From assembly GCA_964441565.1 (NCBI GenBank), contig CAYTWW010000002.1, positions 88,032-152,031 of the forward strand: a stretch of DNA of 64,000 bases. The letters are read 5' to 3'. Shown piece by piece: positions 55,552 to 64,000 of the stretch (its first letter is position 1; each line of letters begins with the position of its first letter). The notes under the pieces were generated by a model. It searched no databases, was not told where the DNA came from, and worked only from the letters and a program-made list of their open reading frames with translations. The DNA comes from an uncultured Methanosarcinales archaeon. GTDB lineage: Archaea > Nanobdellota > Nanobdellia > Woesearchaeales > GW2011-AR15. Made by a program: the position numbers and the translations under genes.

Positions 55552-58023
55552 GTGAGCCAGCTAAGTCACATCATGGTCTCTTCTCTCGAGAAGAACTCAA
55601 GGAAGAACCTCGTCTCCCTCAAAGGCGATTTTGTCTACAGGAGATATTCCTATGGCTCCATCCTGGAACTCTCAAAGAAGTTCTCGAAGTTCCTCGAACA
55701 GAATGGGATCAGGAAAGGGGACAGAATCTGCATATGTTCATACAACTGCCCGCAGTATTTCTTTGTGATGCTGGGTGCGATGTTCTCGGGTGTGATCATT
55801 GTGCCTGTCGATTTCGCTACATCTGACCAGTTGACCGGTACCTTCATGAAGCTCACTAGGTGCAGGATGCTGATCACAAGCATCAAGAAATCCATCAGCA
55901 CATCAGTGCCTACGTTCTATGTCGAGGAGCTTGAAGAGATGCTATCGCCTCTCACAAAGAAAGAGCCTGTCCATGTCGGAGATGACCACCTGGTAGAGAT
56001 CCTCTTCACATCAGGGACCACCGGAGATCCGAAAGGAGTGATGCTCACACATGATAACATCTGCTCGAACATGATGTCCGCGCTCTCTGTCTTCAAGGTA
56101 TATAGGACCGAGAAGCTGCTCTCCCTCATTCCGCTCTCCCATATGCTCGAACAATGCACAGGCTTCTTCGGCGTGATATTCGCCGGAGCTGAGACGACAC
56201 AACTGAGGTCGAGGAGGCCAAGCGAGATCCTCAAGGTCATACGCTATGAGAGGACCACGATGATAGTGGCTGTCCCGGCATTCTACAATCTCTTCAAGCG
56301 GAAGATCGAGGAGAAGGCAGAGAAATCAGGCAAACTGCAAGACCTGAGAACCCTTCTTACACTGGCTCAGAAGCTTCCAATGCCTGCCAGGAGGCTCCTA
56401 TTCAGGAAGCTGCACAGCACATTCGGAGGAAAGCTCAGGTGCGTAGTGAGCGGCGGAGCATCCCTCCCTCCTGAGACTGAGCTCTTCTGGGACAGGATAG
56501 GGATCCCAGTCATAAACGGCTACGGCTTGACCGAGACAAGCCCGATACTATCGATAAACACCCTTGGGCAGAGGAGATTCGGAAGCGTTGGCAAGCCTAT
56601 ACCAGGTGTACGTCTGCGCGTCTCTGAGGAAGGCGAGATCCTTGCCAGAGGACCAAACATCACGCAAGGCTATTACCTGAATCCAAAGGCGACCTCCTCG
56701 CTCCTGCAGAAAGGATGGCTGCACACAGGCGACTGCGGTGAGATAGACAAGCAAGGTTATGTCTACATCAAAGGGAGGATAAAGAACATGATCCTGAAGG
56801 CCAACGGGCTCAATGTCTACCCTGAGGATATAGAGTTGCTGCTCGACAGCCACCCCTTGGTGAAGGAATCATGCGTGCTGGGCATCGAGAAGGGGACAGA
56901 TGTGATCATAACAGCCATCTTGATCACAAGAGGTATGTCTTCGAACAGCGACCTGAAGGAGATGATAGACAGCATAAACAAGAAGCTTGAGCAGCATCAG
57001 CAGATACAGGATTTCTGCGTCTGGCCAAGACCTGATTTCCCAAAGACTCATACCATGAAGATAAAGAGGCTCCTTGTGGCATCCCAGCTGCAGAGATGCG
57101 AGGCTGGCATCGAAAGCTCTGATGAGCTGTCCTCGATCCTTTCAGAACTATCTCATAAGGATCATATCAAGGACGAGCACCTCCTTTATTCTGACCTGGG
57201 ATTCGACTCTCTGAAGACTATCGAGCTATCCACATTGATTGAGGAGAAGCTCGCTGTCGATATCGATGAGGCGATGATAGATGCAAAGACGACTGTGCGG
57301 TCGCTGAAGGAGATCATCAGCAGATCCGAGCCGAGTAGCGAGCTCCCTGTCTCACGTCTCATGTTCTCCCCGGTCTTCAAGCCATTCAAGCTGATACTGC
57401 CTGAGATAGCTTATCTTGTCACTTCACGGTTCTTCTCAAGCTTCAGGATTGAGGGCAGGGAGAATCTCTCAGATGTGAAAGGTCCTGTCATAATCATAAC
57501 CAACCATACAAGCCATCTTGATATCCCTACGATCACAAAGCACCTGCCGTTCCATCTCAGGACAAAGATGGCGACTGCTGCAGCAGCTGACTATTTCTTT
57601 GTCCAGGATGGAAAGCTTATATCAAGAGCTGTGGCCTTCATGTTCAACCATCTCCTCGGCGCCTTCCCTATGTCAAGGGACAAGAAAGCCCTGCGCCGGA
57701 CATCTCTGAGAAAAAGCCTGGAATTCATAGGCGAGATAGCTGACAAGGGATGGTCGCTTGCCATAGCTCCTGAAGGGACCAGGAGCAGGACAGGCAAGAT
57801 GGGGCACTTCAAGAACGGGATCGGGATCATCGTGAAAGAGACAGGCTATCCTGTCATCCCCGTGAAGGTCAAGGGCCTGTTTGACATCATGCCGCCAAAG
57901 ACCCATTTTCCGAGGAAAAGAGGCCCGGTCGAGATAGTCATAGGGAAACCTGTCAGGTTCTCAAGCACAGACAGTCCTGTGATGATAACAAGAGAACTCG
58001 AAAGCATAGTGAGGAAGCTATGA
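55552..58023 (+). CDS. Fusion of acyl-adenylate ligase, acyl carrier domain and PlsC-type acyltransferase (Aas-like)
   Basis: FTSGTTGDPKG, GYGLTE, WLHTGD; DLGFDSL phosphopantetheine Ser; NHTSHLD and PEGTRS. Confidence 0.92.
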   Translation: MSQLSHIMVSSLEKNSRKNLVSLKGDFVYRRYSYGSILELSKKFSKFLEQNGIRKGDRICICSYNCPQYFFVMLGAMFSGVIIVPVDFATSDQLTGTFMKLTRCRMLITSIKKSISTSVPTFYVEELEEMLSPLTKKEPVHVGDDHLVEILFTSGTTGDPKGVMLTHDNICSNMMSALSVFKVYRTEKLLSLIPLSHMLEQCTGFFGVIFAGAETTQLRSRRPSEILKVIRYERTTMIVAVPAFYNLFKRKIEEKAEKSGKLQDLRTLLTLAQKLPMPARRLLFRKLHSTFGGKLRCVVSGGASLPPETELFWDRIGIPVINGYGLTETSPILSINTLGQRRFGSVGKPIPGVRLRVSEEGEILARGPNITQGYYLNPKATSSLLQKGWLHTGDCGEIDKQGYVYIKGRIKNMILKANGLNVYPEDIELLLDSHPLVKESCVLGIEKGTDVIITAILITRGMSSNSDLKEMIDSINKKLEQHQQIQDFCVWPRPDFPKTHTMKIKRLLVASQLQRCEAGIESSDELSSILSELSHKDHIKDEHLLYSDLGFDSLKTIELSTLIEEKLAVDIDEAMIDAKTTVRSLKEIISRSEPSSELPVSRLMFSPVFKPFKLILPEIAYLVTSRFFSSFRIEGRENLSDVKGPVIIITNHTSHLDIPTITKHLPFHLRTKMATAAAADYFFVQDGKLISRAVAFMFNHLLGAFPMSRDKKALRRTSLRKSLEFIGEIADKGWSLAIAPEGTRSRTGKMGHFKNGIGIIVKETGYPVIPVKVKGLFDIMPPKTHFPRKRGPVEIVIGKPVRFSSTDSPVMITRELESIVRKL

Positions 58024-58331
58024 GGGCCGGTATCGACATAGTCCACATCCCAAGGATCAAGGCAATGCTTGATGATCCAGAGCTTCTCGGGAGGACATTC
58101 ACGCATTCTGAGCTCAGGGACAAGCGGCCTGAGCATCTTGCTGGCATCTTCGCAGCCAAGGAAGCCTTTCTCAAGGCTTCTCAGGTCAAGGTATCCAGAT
58201 GGGATGAGATCGAGATAGGATCAAAAGGCAAGCCAAGGATCATCCATAGCTTCGCAGATAGATGCAAAAGTATCGACCTCAGCATATCCCATGACGGAGA
58301 CTATGCTGTGGCTATAGTCATCATTCCTTAG
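58020..58331 (+). CDS. acpS: Holo-ACP synthase (4'-phosphopantetheinyl transferase)
   Basis: GIDIV, FAAKEAFLKA, SISHDGDYAVA; ATGA overlap. Confidence 0.93.
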   Translation: MRAGIDIVHIPRIKAMLDDPELLGRTFTHSELRDKRPEHLAGIFAAKEAFLKASQVKVSRWDEIEIGSKGKPRIIHSFADRCKSIDLSISHDGDYAVAIVIIP

Positions 58332-58339
58332 CCAAAGTG

Positions 58340-59017
58340 TCAGAATAATCCCTTTATCCCCCATAGCAACCAGTTCCTCCAGAAGTAGAAGAAAGACAGG
58401 GGACTGCCCTCGATCCTTGCCACCACATACTGCGCATACAATCGGGGGCTGATCATGTGCTTCTCATTCGATGGGATCTTGTAGTTCTTATGGAAATCCG
58501 TCATCAGCCTGTACGGATGGAAGATGATGACTCTCCCCTCGACCTCTTTCATTATGCTCTTGAGATAGCCCTCGACCGCATGTTTGGATGCGCAGTAGAG
58601 TGAGTAATGCTTGGCAGGGAAGAGTCCTGCCATCGAGCTTATGACTGCAAGAGTTGCATGTGGATTGTTCTTGTAGAGTTCCTTAGAGGTCAGGAATACA
58701 GATCTGGTATTGATATCAAAGATCCTGTCCCATTCTTCTGCAGAATATTCAAGGAAAGGTTTCCTGTCATTGTATCCAGCGCTGTGCAGCAGCAGGTCGA
58801 TTGTGCCAAGTTCCCTCCGTGATTCCCTGAGCAGCGCCTTCACCTGCTTCTCATCAGTGATATCTGCAGAAAAGGATTTTGACCCCAGTTCCTTCCCAAG
58901 CATTGCGAGGGCTGGCTTGTCCCTCCCCGAGAGAAATATCTTGTGCCCTTTTCGCTTCAGCAGCCTCGCGACCTCTGCTCCCAGTCCACCTGTCGCTCCG
59001 ATTATAAGCGCATTCAT
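58340..59017 (-). CDS. Short-chain dehydrogenase/reductase
   Basis: GATGGLG, YCASK; start re-called at MNALIIG. Confidence 0.9.
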   Translation of the reverse strand: MNALIIGATGGLGAEVARLLKRKGHKIFLSGRDKPALAMLGKELGSKSFSADITDEKQVKALLRESRRELGTIDLLLHSAGYNDRKPFLEYSAEEWDRIFDINTRSVFLTSKELYKNNPHATLAVISSMAGLFPAKHYSLYCASKHAVEGYLKSIMKEVEGRVIIFHPYRLMTDFHKNYKIPSNEKHMISPRLYAQYVVARIEGSPLSFFYFWRNWLLWGIKGLF

Positions 59018-59018
59018 C

Positions 59019-59057
59019 TCACATATCCAGGGGCATTCGGGCTCCCGCCGCCATGCC
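59019..59057 (-). repeat. Degenerate duplicate of the herA-like gene 3' end (partner 59679-59716)
   Basis: TCACATATCCAGGGGCATTCGGGCTCCCGCCGCCATGCC vs TCACATATTCAGGGCATTGGGGCTCCCGCCACCATGCC. Confidence 0.8.
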
Positions 59058-59143
59058 CACAAACTCCCGATCAATTTAGTAGGATTATCCTTCGGAACTT
59101 TCCTTGGGAACAACTTTTAAGCACCTTGTATCACCAGTATTTA

Positions 59144-59677
59144 CTATTTCATTATGCTTGACATACATGTTTCTGTGAAATTGTCTTTCTCGATAATGTC
59201 TTTTTCAGGAGAAAAACAGTAGTAGTTGTGCTTAAAAAATCCATTATCAAGGTTAAATTCAATTTTATCCTGGTCAACAGTGTTACAAAAATCCAGATTA
59301 TTTGTTTCTTTTGCCTGCAGAAATTGTCTGTTAAAGACACCCCCGCAGCTGTCATAGACAAACGGATTGTCAAAGATAAAACTAAACAGGACCAAAATAT
59401 CAATTAATATGGTGATAGCGAACAACGCATCTAAAATATAAAGACTCATATTTCTTCTTTTCCTAGCCTGATAATAAAAGAAAGAAAGCAGACATGTGCA
59501 TAATAGCCAGATAATGGATAGCGATGCAAAATAGAGGATTTGGTTTTCGGTAATAATTTTGTAGATTAGATCGATAAATAATCTAGTGGGAACATAACTT
59601 ATCGGAATAAAAAATACAAAAAGCATGAATTTTTTTACAAAAACATGATTCTCCATGGTTTTTTCTCGCACAGGCAT
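59144..59677 (-). CDS. AT-rich 3-TM membrane protein with Cys-containing C-terminal domain
   Basis: Visibly lower GC than flanks; three hydrophobic helices. Confidence 0.65.
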   Translation of the reverse strand: MPVREKTMENHVFVKKFMLFVFFIPISYVPTRLFIDLIYKIITENQILYFASLSIIWLLCTCLLSFFYYQARKRRNMSLYILDALFAITILIDILVLFSFIFDNPFVYDSCGGVFNRQFLQAKETNNLDFCNTVDQDKIEFNLDNGFFKHNYYCFSPEKDIIEKDNFTETCMSSIMK

Positions 59678-59678
59678 A

Positions 59679-61016
59679 TCACATATTCAGGGCATTGGGG
59701 CTCCCGCCACCATGCCAGCTGACCCTTGGCCTAATCCTTATCTCGTGGATCGATTCGTTCATATCATCAAAGACAATCGCTGTGCCTTTCAGCCTTGGAA
59801 GGTCTTCCATCGCTTCCATGATACCGTCCCTGTTGTAGCTCTGCGCAAGCAGCATCAGCGCCTGCACATCGATATCCGCGGTGACCCTGTGGGAAAGAAC
59901 AGTATCTGACTGTGTCATCACATCTGTATGTATCTTGCCTGGCTGCTGGGTCGCGAGTATAAGCGATATGCCTGGCTGCCTTCCCTCTCTCATTATGATC
60001 TTGAGCGGCTCAGTGGCCGCATTCTTGTCCTTCTCGTCCCTCGGAAGGAACTCATGCGCCTCGTCGATTATCAACCACACAAGAGGCATCTTCTTTGCCT
60101 TCTCAGGATTCTTGATAGCATGGTTATCGCCGCTCATCCATCCCTTCTCTTTGTTGATGTGCTGGAATTCCTCATCCTTTCTGGAGAGCATCCTTGATAT
60201 GAATAGATGCTTGGCCACAAGCCCAAGCACCATCGCTTTCACATCCCATCCTGAAGGAAGCGTAGCATAGCAGCTGACATCGAGTATCGAGATCTGTCCA
60301 GGAGCAGCGAGGAAATCTAGCTCGGTAGTCTCCTCTGAGAAGACACCCCAGCTGTCTGCGAGCCTGAACATGGCGACTGCTTCCATCCTCTCTTCCAAGG
60401 GGAACTCATCATTCTTCTTCAGAGCCTCCTCGATATCCTTGATGTCATAGTCTTTCTTCGTGTCCTTCAGCATCTGGATAGTGTCGTTTATCATGACACC
60501 TATTCCTGAGAACTTCTTCTGCTTGAATGCCTCAAGCCAGTCATCTGCATCAAGGTCTGATGGCTTGATCGAGAACGGAAAGTCAGTGGGGATGCCTTTC
60601 TTCTTGTATTCCTCATAGAACTTGCATGGCGTGAATATCCTTACATTCACCCCTTGCGGCTTGAGCCCAAGCTCTGCCAAGCCTTTCTCCTCGTCGACAT
60701 TAGGCATCTTCATTGTCCAGTAGACACCCATCGTGTCGATCAGGATTATCGAAACATTTTCCTTGATCTCATCCTTCATCAGCGAGAACCCTTCTGCCAC
60801 GACACCCATCGTATATGATTTTCCGCTTCCCCGCTTGCCGAATATAGAAAGGACGTGGCTTCCTGAGACATCCAGGTAGACAGGATTGCAGAGCTTTGTT
60901 GAGTATGCATCCACCTCCTGGTATTTGTTCCCTACATAGATGCATCCGAGAGTCCCGTACCTCTTCGCATCTCCGGCGCTCCTCCCGATTATCAGGGGAG
61001 TCTCTGTGTCTATCAT
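59679..61016 (-). CDS. Second HerA/DUF87-like ATPase (no HAS barrel)
   Basis: GKRGSGKS, LIDTMG, IIDEAHEF, REGRQPG, ATQQP. Confidence 0.88.
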   Translation of the reverse strand: MIDTETPLIIGRSAGDAKRYGTLGCIYVGNKYQEVDAYSTKLCNPVYLDVSGSHVLSIFGKRGSGKSYTMGVVAEGFSLMKDEIKENVSIILIDTMGVYWTMKMPNVDEEKGLAELGLKPQGVNVRIFTPCKFYEEYKKKGIPTDFPFSIKPSDLDADDWLEAFKQKKFSGIGVMINDTIQMLKDTKKDYDIKDIEEALKKNDEFPLEERMEAVAMFRLADSWGVFSEETTELDFLAAPGQISILDVSCYATLPSGWDVKAMVLGLVAKHLFISRMLSRKDEEFQHINKEKGWMSGDNHAIKNPEKAKKMPLVWLIIDEAHEFLPRDEKDKNAATEPLKIIMREGRQPGISLILATQQPGKIHTDVMTQSDTVLSHRVTADIDVQALMLLAQSYNRDGIMEAMEDLPRLKGTAIVFDDMNESIHEIRIRPRVSWHGGGSPNALNM

Positions 61017-61097
61017 GCTGAGAAATGTTAAAAATCCTGAGTTAATAAAGGTTTTCAGAAGATAAGTTTATCATATACATTTTTTTTACCTTCGTCC

Positions 61098-61523
61098 ATG
61101 CGAATCATAAAAGCAGATCACGACATCAGCGCATTTGAGAAGAGGCTGTGGAAGGAGTTCTGGGAGGAAAACAAGAGGACCCAGGACTACAGGAAGATGA
61201 AGTTCCTCATAAAAGAAGAAGATGCAGACATCGGCTACATCCACTTGATCATATCCGGAGGGACGATGAAGGTGGAAGATATAATCGTCGATAAGAAGTC
61301 CAGAGGGAACAAGATAGGCCACAGGATAATGGAGTTCATCTATGATCTGGCGAAGGCTCAGATGTGTCATAAGATACGGCTTGAGACTTCAAAGGAATTC
61401 ATGCCTGTCGCATTCGAGTTATACAGGAAGCATGGCTTCATGATCGAAGGCAACCTCAAGGATGACATGCATGGAAAGGATTGGGTTGTGATGAGCAGAC
61501 AGTTGGTAAGAAAGATAGAATAA
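61098..61523 (+). CDS. GNAT acetyltransferase
   Basis: VDKKSRGNKIG, AFELYRKHGF. Confidence 0.88.
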   Translation: MRIIKADHDISAFEKRLWKEFWEENKRTQDYRKMKFLIKEEDADIGYIHLIISGGTMKVEDIIVDKKSRGNKIGHRIMEFIYDLAKAQMCHKIRLETSKEFMPVAFELYRKHGFMIEGNLKDDMHGKDWVVMSRQLVRKIE

Positions 61524-61541
61524 AGGAAAAAACTAGAAGGG

Positions 61542-64000
61542 CTAATCTTTTCTCCTACGTCTTCTGTAGAACAGGAAGATCAGGCCACCCAATACCAGGA
61601 TCGCTACGATTGCCATCCAGACATTGCTGTTCTCATCCTGCGCTTCAGTCTCGATCTGATCCTCAGGCTGCAGTGCAGCATTGCCTGTGACTGCCTCGGA
61701 TATCTCAGCCTGGCATGGCTGCTCCTGATTTGGCCTTGACGATGTGGTGCCGCATGCGTTGGAATCAGTGCAATCCCTTGTCTGCATCCCATCTGAGCAT
61801 CCAGACCATTGGCCGCAGTTCCATTCCTCGACACAGGAGCAGTTCTGGATCTCAGCAGGTCTTCCATATGTACTTCCGCAGTTCACATCAGTGCAGCTCC
61901 TGGTCTGTGACCCGCCTACGCAGCTGCTCCACTCAGTGCACGTCCAGTTCGAATAGCAGTTGTCTCTTCTCAGATCCCAGCTTCTGCCAGAAGAAGAACT
62001 GATAGTCTCAGGAATAGTCCCTCTTACTGCAGAATGTGTCAGGTTCTCTATCCTTATCGTTGCTCCCTCATCTACGCAGACAATCCCGTTGCTTGTCAGG
62101 CTGCCTCCAAGACATGATGTCATATCAGTCTCGCTTGCTCCATCGCAACCATCGCTCATCTGGTTTATAGATGCAATTTCGCTGTCCTTGACACATAGTC
62201 CGATGAAACCATTGTCAGATATATAGATCGTCTTCTTCTTGCCTGCCTGCAACTGGCCAGAGAGATTGACTATCATGGAATTCTCACCTTTGATTACCTT
62301 GATCCTGCTGAGATCAAGCACATCATCTGTGAAATCATGCGAGAAGTTCAACATGAGATCCGACGAATCATAGAGCCTGATCTCGTATTCTCCAGAATAG
62401 TAGATTCCTGATGCATTCCCTTCTCCCACCCCGATAGCCAGATCGCTGACACCTGGAGCAGGAACATCATCCTCGTCAAACCACAGCCTGTCTGTATTGT
62501 CAGGCAAGACGTCATTATCGCTGTCAGCCATTATCTCGAAGAATTTGCTGCTGCTCTGCTTGGTCTCATTCGACACATTATCATAGCATTCGACAGACCA
62601 CTCATAGCTTCCGCTTGACAGTGTCTGTTCAAATGAAAGTACAATACCCTCCTCAGGTGAATCTACGGTCTGGTTGAGCACTGAGTCTATGTAAAGCGAG
62701 CAGTTCGGGGCAGTCCCATTATAGTAGATGTATGTGAAGTTGATATCTGTGCTGAATGTCTGGTTGCTGTTCTCTGGACTATATAGCTTGATCGTGAATT
62801 CAGGCCTGTCACCGTACACCTCGAAATCATCTACATCAGTCTCATTCACATTTCCTGCATCATCGAACAGGTAGAACCTGTATGACCAGTTGCCTGTCAC
62901 TCCATTCTTTGCCACTATTATCGGCTCAGTGATGTCAGTGATGACTTGCCTGGTATCATTCACCCAGCTGCCGCTCATGTTAGTCGAAAAGATATAGCTC
63001 TCTGTGAAGTTGTAGGATGCAAGATTATCAGAGACCTTGATCCTGAAGTATATCTCCTCTTCGCTGTAGACAGGACCATAGTGCTGCTGCTCAGAGTAGC
63101 CAGGCGCATCATTGTCGACAATGATATAGAGCCTGTCTGAATCCCTGGTGTTGTTGCTTGGTGTTGCACGATCTGTGATGTACACCGGAAGCTGGTAGTT
63201 GCCTGTCTCACTCTGCGTGACTGTGATATTGGTGCTCCAGGAACCCCACTGGCCTGAGGCGTTGCTTCCTGATACATGCTCCATCGTAGCATTCGTTTCG
63301 CTGCCTGCATATGTGGTATCCACCATCACAATGCCTATCCCTGCATCCTCGTCAAGTGCAGCTATCGAAGCTGTGACAACCTGTCCACTCCGTACTGAGG
63401 ACTGTCCAGAAGGGTATGCTAGGATCAGGTCTTTTGATGAAGGTATGTTCCTGTCGATCATCAGGTGCACTGCTACAGACGCCTGGTTGTTCTTGGTGTC
63501 TTTAGCTGTCACATTGATAACATATCCATCAGAGTCGTCATACTCGGCTGTATCCCATAGGCACGCATACGGAGCAGTCGTATCCACACATAGTGTAGAG
63601 TAGGATTCTGTTGAATTCTTGATCCTGAAAGTGACACTTGATATCCCGCTCAGGTCAGAGGCAGACACAGATATCGTCGCATTCCCATTGGAATATGTGT
63701 TGTTGCCCGGGCTTGCTATCAGGACATTTGGTGGTGTAATATCGATATTGGTCGTCCTTGAGATATCGCTCGCATTGAATTGATGCAGCTTGTTGGAGAT
63801 GCCGACATATGCATAGCCGTTCGCCACAGCAGGCGAGTTCTGGAGCATTATATTGGACCTGTACATCGCGATCAATTGAGATATGTCAGAGGCATCAAGC
63901 TGATAGAATCTCCAATCATGGCTTGTGACATACACGAATCCGTCTGCTACAGCAGGTGAAGATGTTATGCCGCTGCCTGTCCGATATTCAGCGATCTTCT
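61542..64000 (-). CDS. Large cell-surface protein (5' end off window): PQQ-like propeller repeats, Ig-like domains, two Cys/Trp TSP1-like repeats, C-terminal TM
   Basis: SSPAVADG/NSPAVANG repeats; DITPP..ASDLSGI; WTCTEWSSC..QTRSCTD and WNCGQWSGC..QTRDCTD; TM followed by RRRRRK. Confidence 0.85.
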   Translation of the reverse strand, partial: KIAEYRTGSGITSSPAVADGFVYVTSHDWRFYQLDASDISQLIAMYRSNIMLQNSPAVANGYAYVGISNKLHQFNASDISRTTNIDITPPNVLIASPGNNTYSNGNATISVSASDLSGISSVTFRIKNSTESYSTLCVDTTAPYACLWDTAEYDDSDGYVINVTAKDTKNNQASVAVHLMIDRNIPSSKDLILAYPSGQSSVRSGQVVTASIAALDEDAGIGIVMVDTTYAGSETNATMEHVSGSNASGQWGSWSTNITVTQSETGNYQLPVYITDRATPSNNTRDSDRLYIIVDNDAPGYSEQQHYGPVYSEEEIYFRIKVSDNLASYNFTESYIFSTNMSGSWVNDTRQVITDITEPIIVAKNGVTGNWSYRFYLFDDAGNVNETDVDDFEVYGDRPEFTIKLYSPENSNQTFSTDINFTYIYYNGTAPNCSLYIDSVLNQTVDSPEEGIVLSFEQTLSSGSYEWSVECYDNVSNETKQSSSKFFEIMADSDNDVLPDNTDRLWFDEDDVPAPGVSDLAIGVGEGNASGIYYSGEYEIRLYDSSDLMLNFSHDFTDDVLDLSRIKVIKGENSMIVNLSGQLQAGKKKTIYISDNGFIGLCVKDSEIASINQMSDGCDGASETDMTSCLGGSLTSNGIVCVDEGATIRIENLTHSAVRGTIPETISSSSGRSWDLRRDNCYSNWTCTEWSSCVGGSQTRSCTDVNCGSTYGRPAEIQNCSCVEEWNCGQWSGCSDGMQTRDCTDSNACGTTSSRPNQEQPCQAEISEAVTGNAALQPEDQIETEAQDENSNVWMAIVAILVLGGLIFLFYRRRRRKD

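Overview
Archaeal genomic DNA. Small genes, archaeal-type ribosomal proteins (L19e, L32e, S4e), TATA-like promoters, class III signal peptides and an intron-containing tRNA suggest a DPANN lineage such as Woesearchaeota (inference). Positions 1-14.8 kb hold the minus-strand L3-to-SecY ribosomal superoperon. The rest is mixed housekeeping and accessory genes: PLD-family protein, Lon-like protease, topA, nurA, two herA-like ATPases, PUA proteins, tRNA-Leu(CAA), scpB, a trpB-to-trpS cluster, a bacterial-type pseudouridine synthase, an acyl-ligase/ACP/acyltransferase fusion with acpS, and surface proteins. Five observations stand out. (1) A modular, structured intergenic element of about 200-390 bp occurs in four co-oriented copies with covarying stems. 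(2) A RelA/SpoT-like synthetase and a separate HD hydrolase lie nearly side by side, suggesting a split alarmone system. (3) Duplicated Trp-codon micro-ORFs (MxGDCRW) precede a lone trpB. (4) TrpRS carries an N-terminal B3/4-like domain. (5) An AT-rich gene is flanked by a duplication of the herA 3' end. All calls come from motif recognition by eye; no database searches were run.
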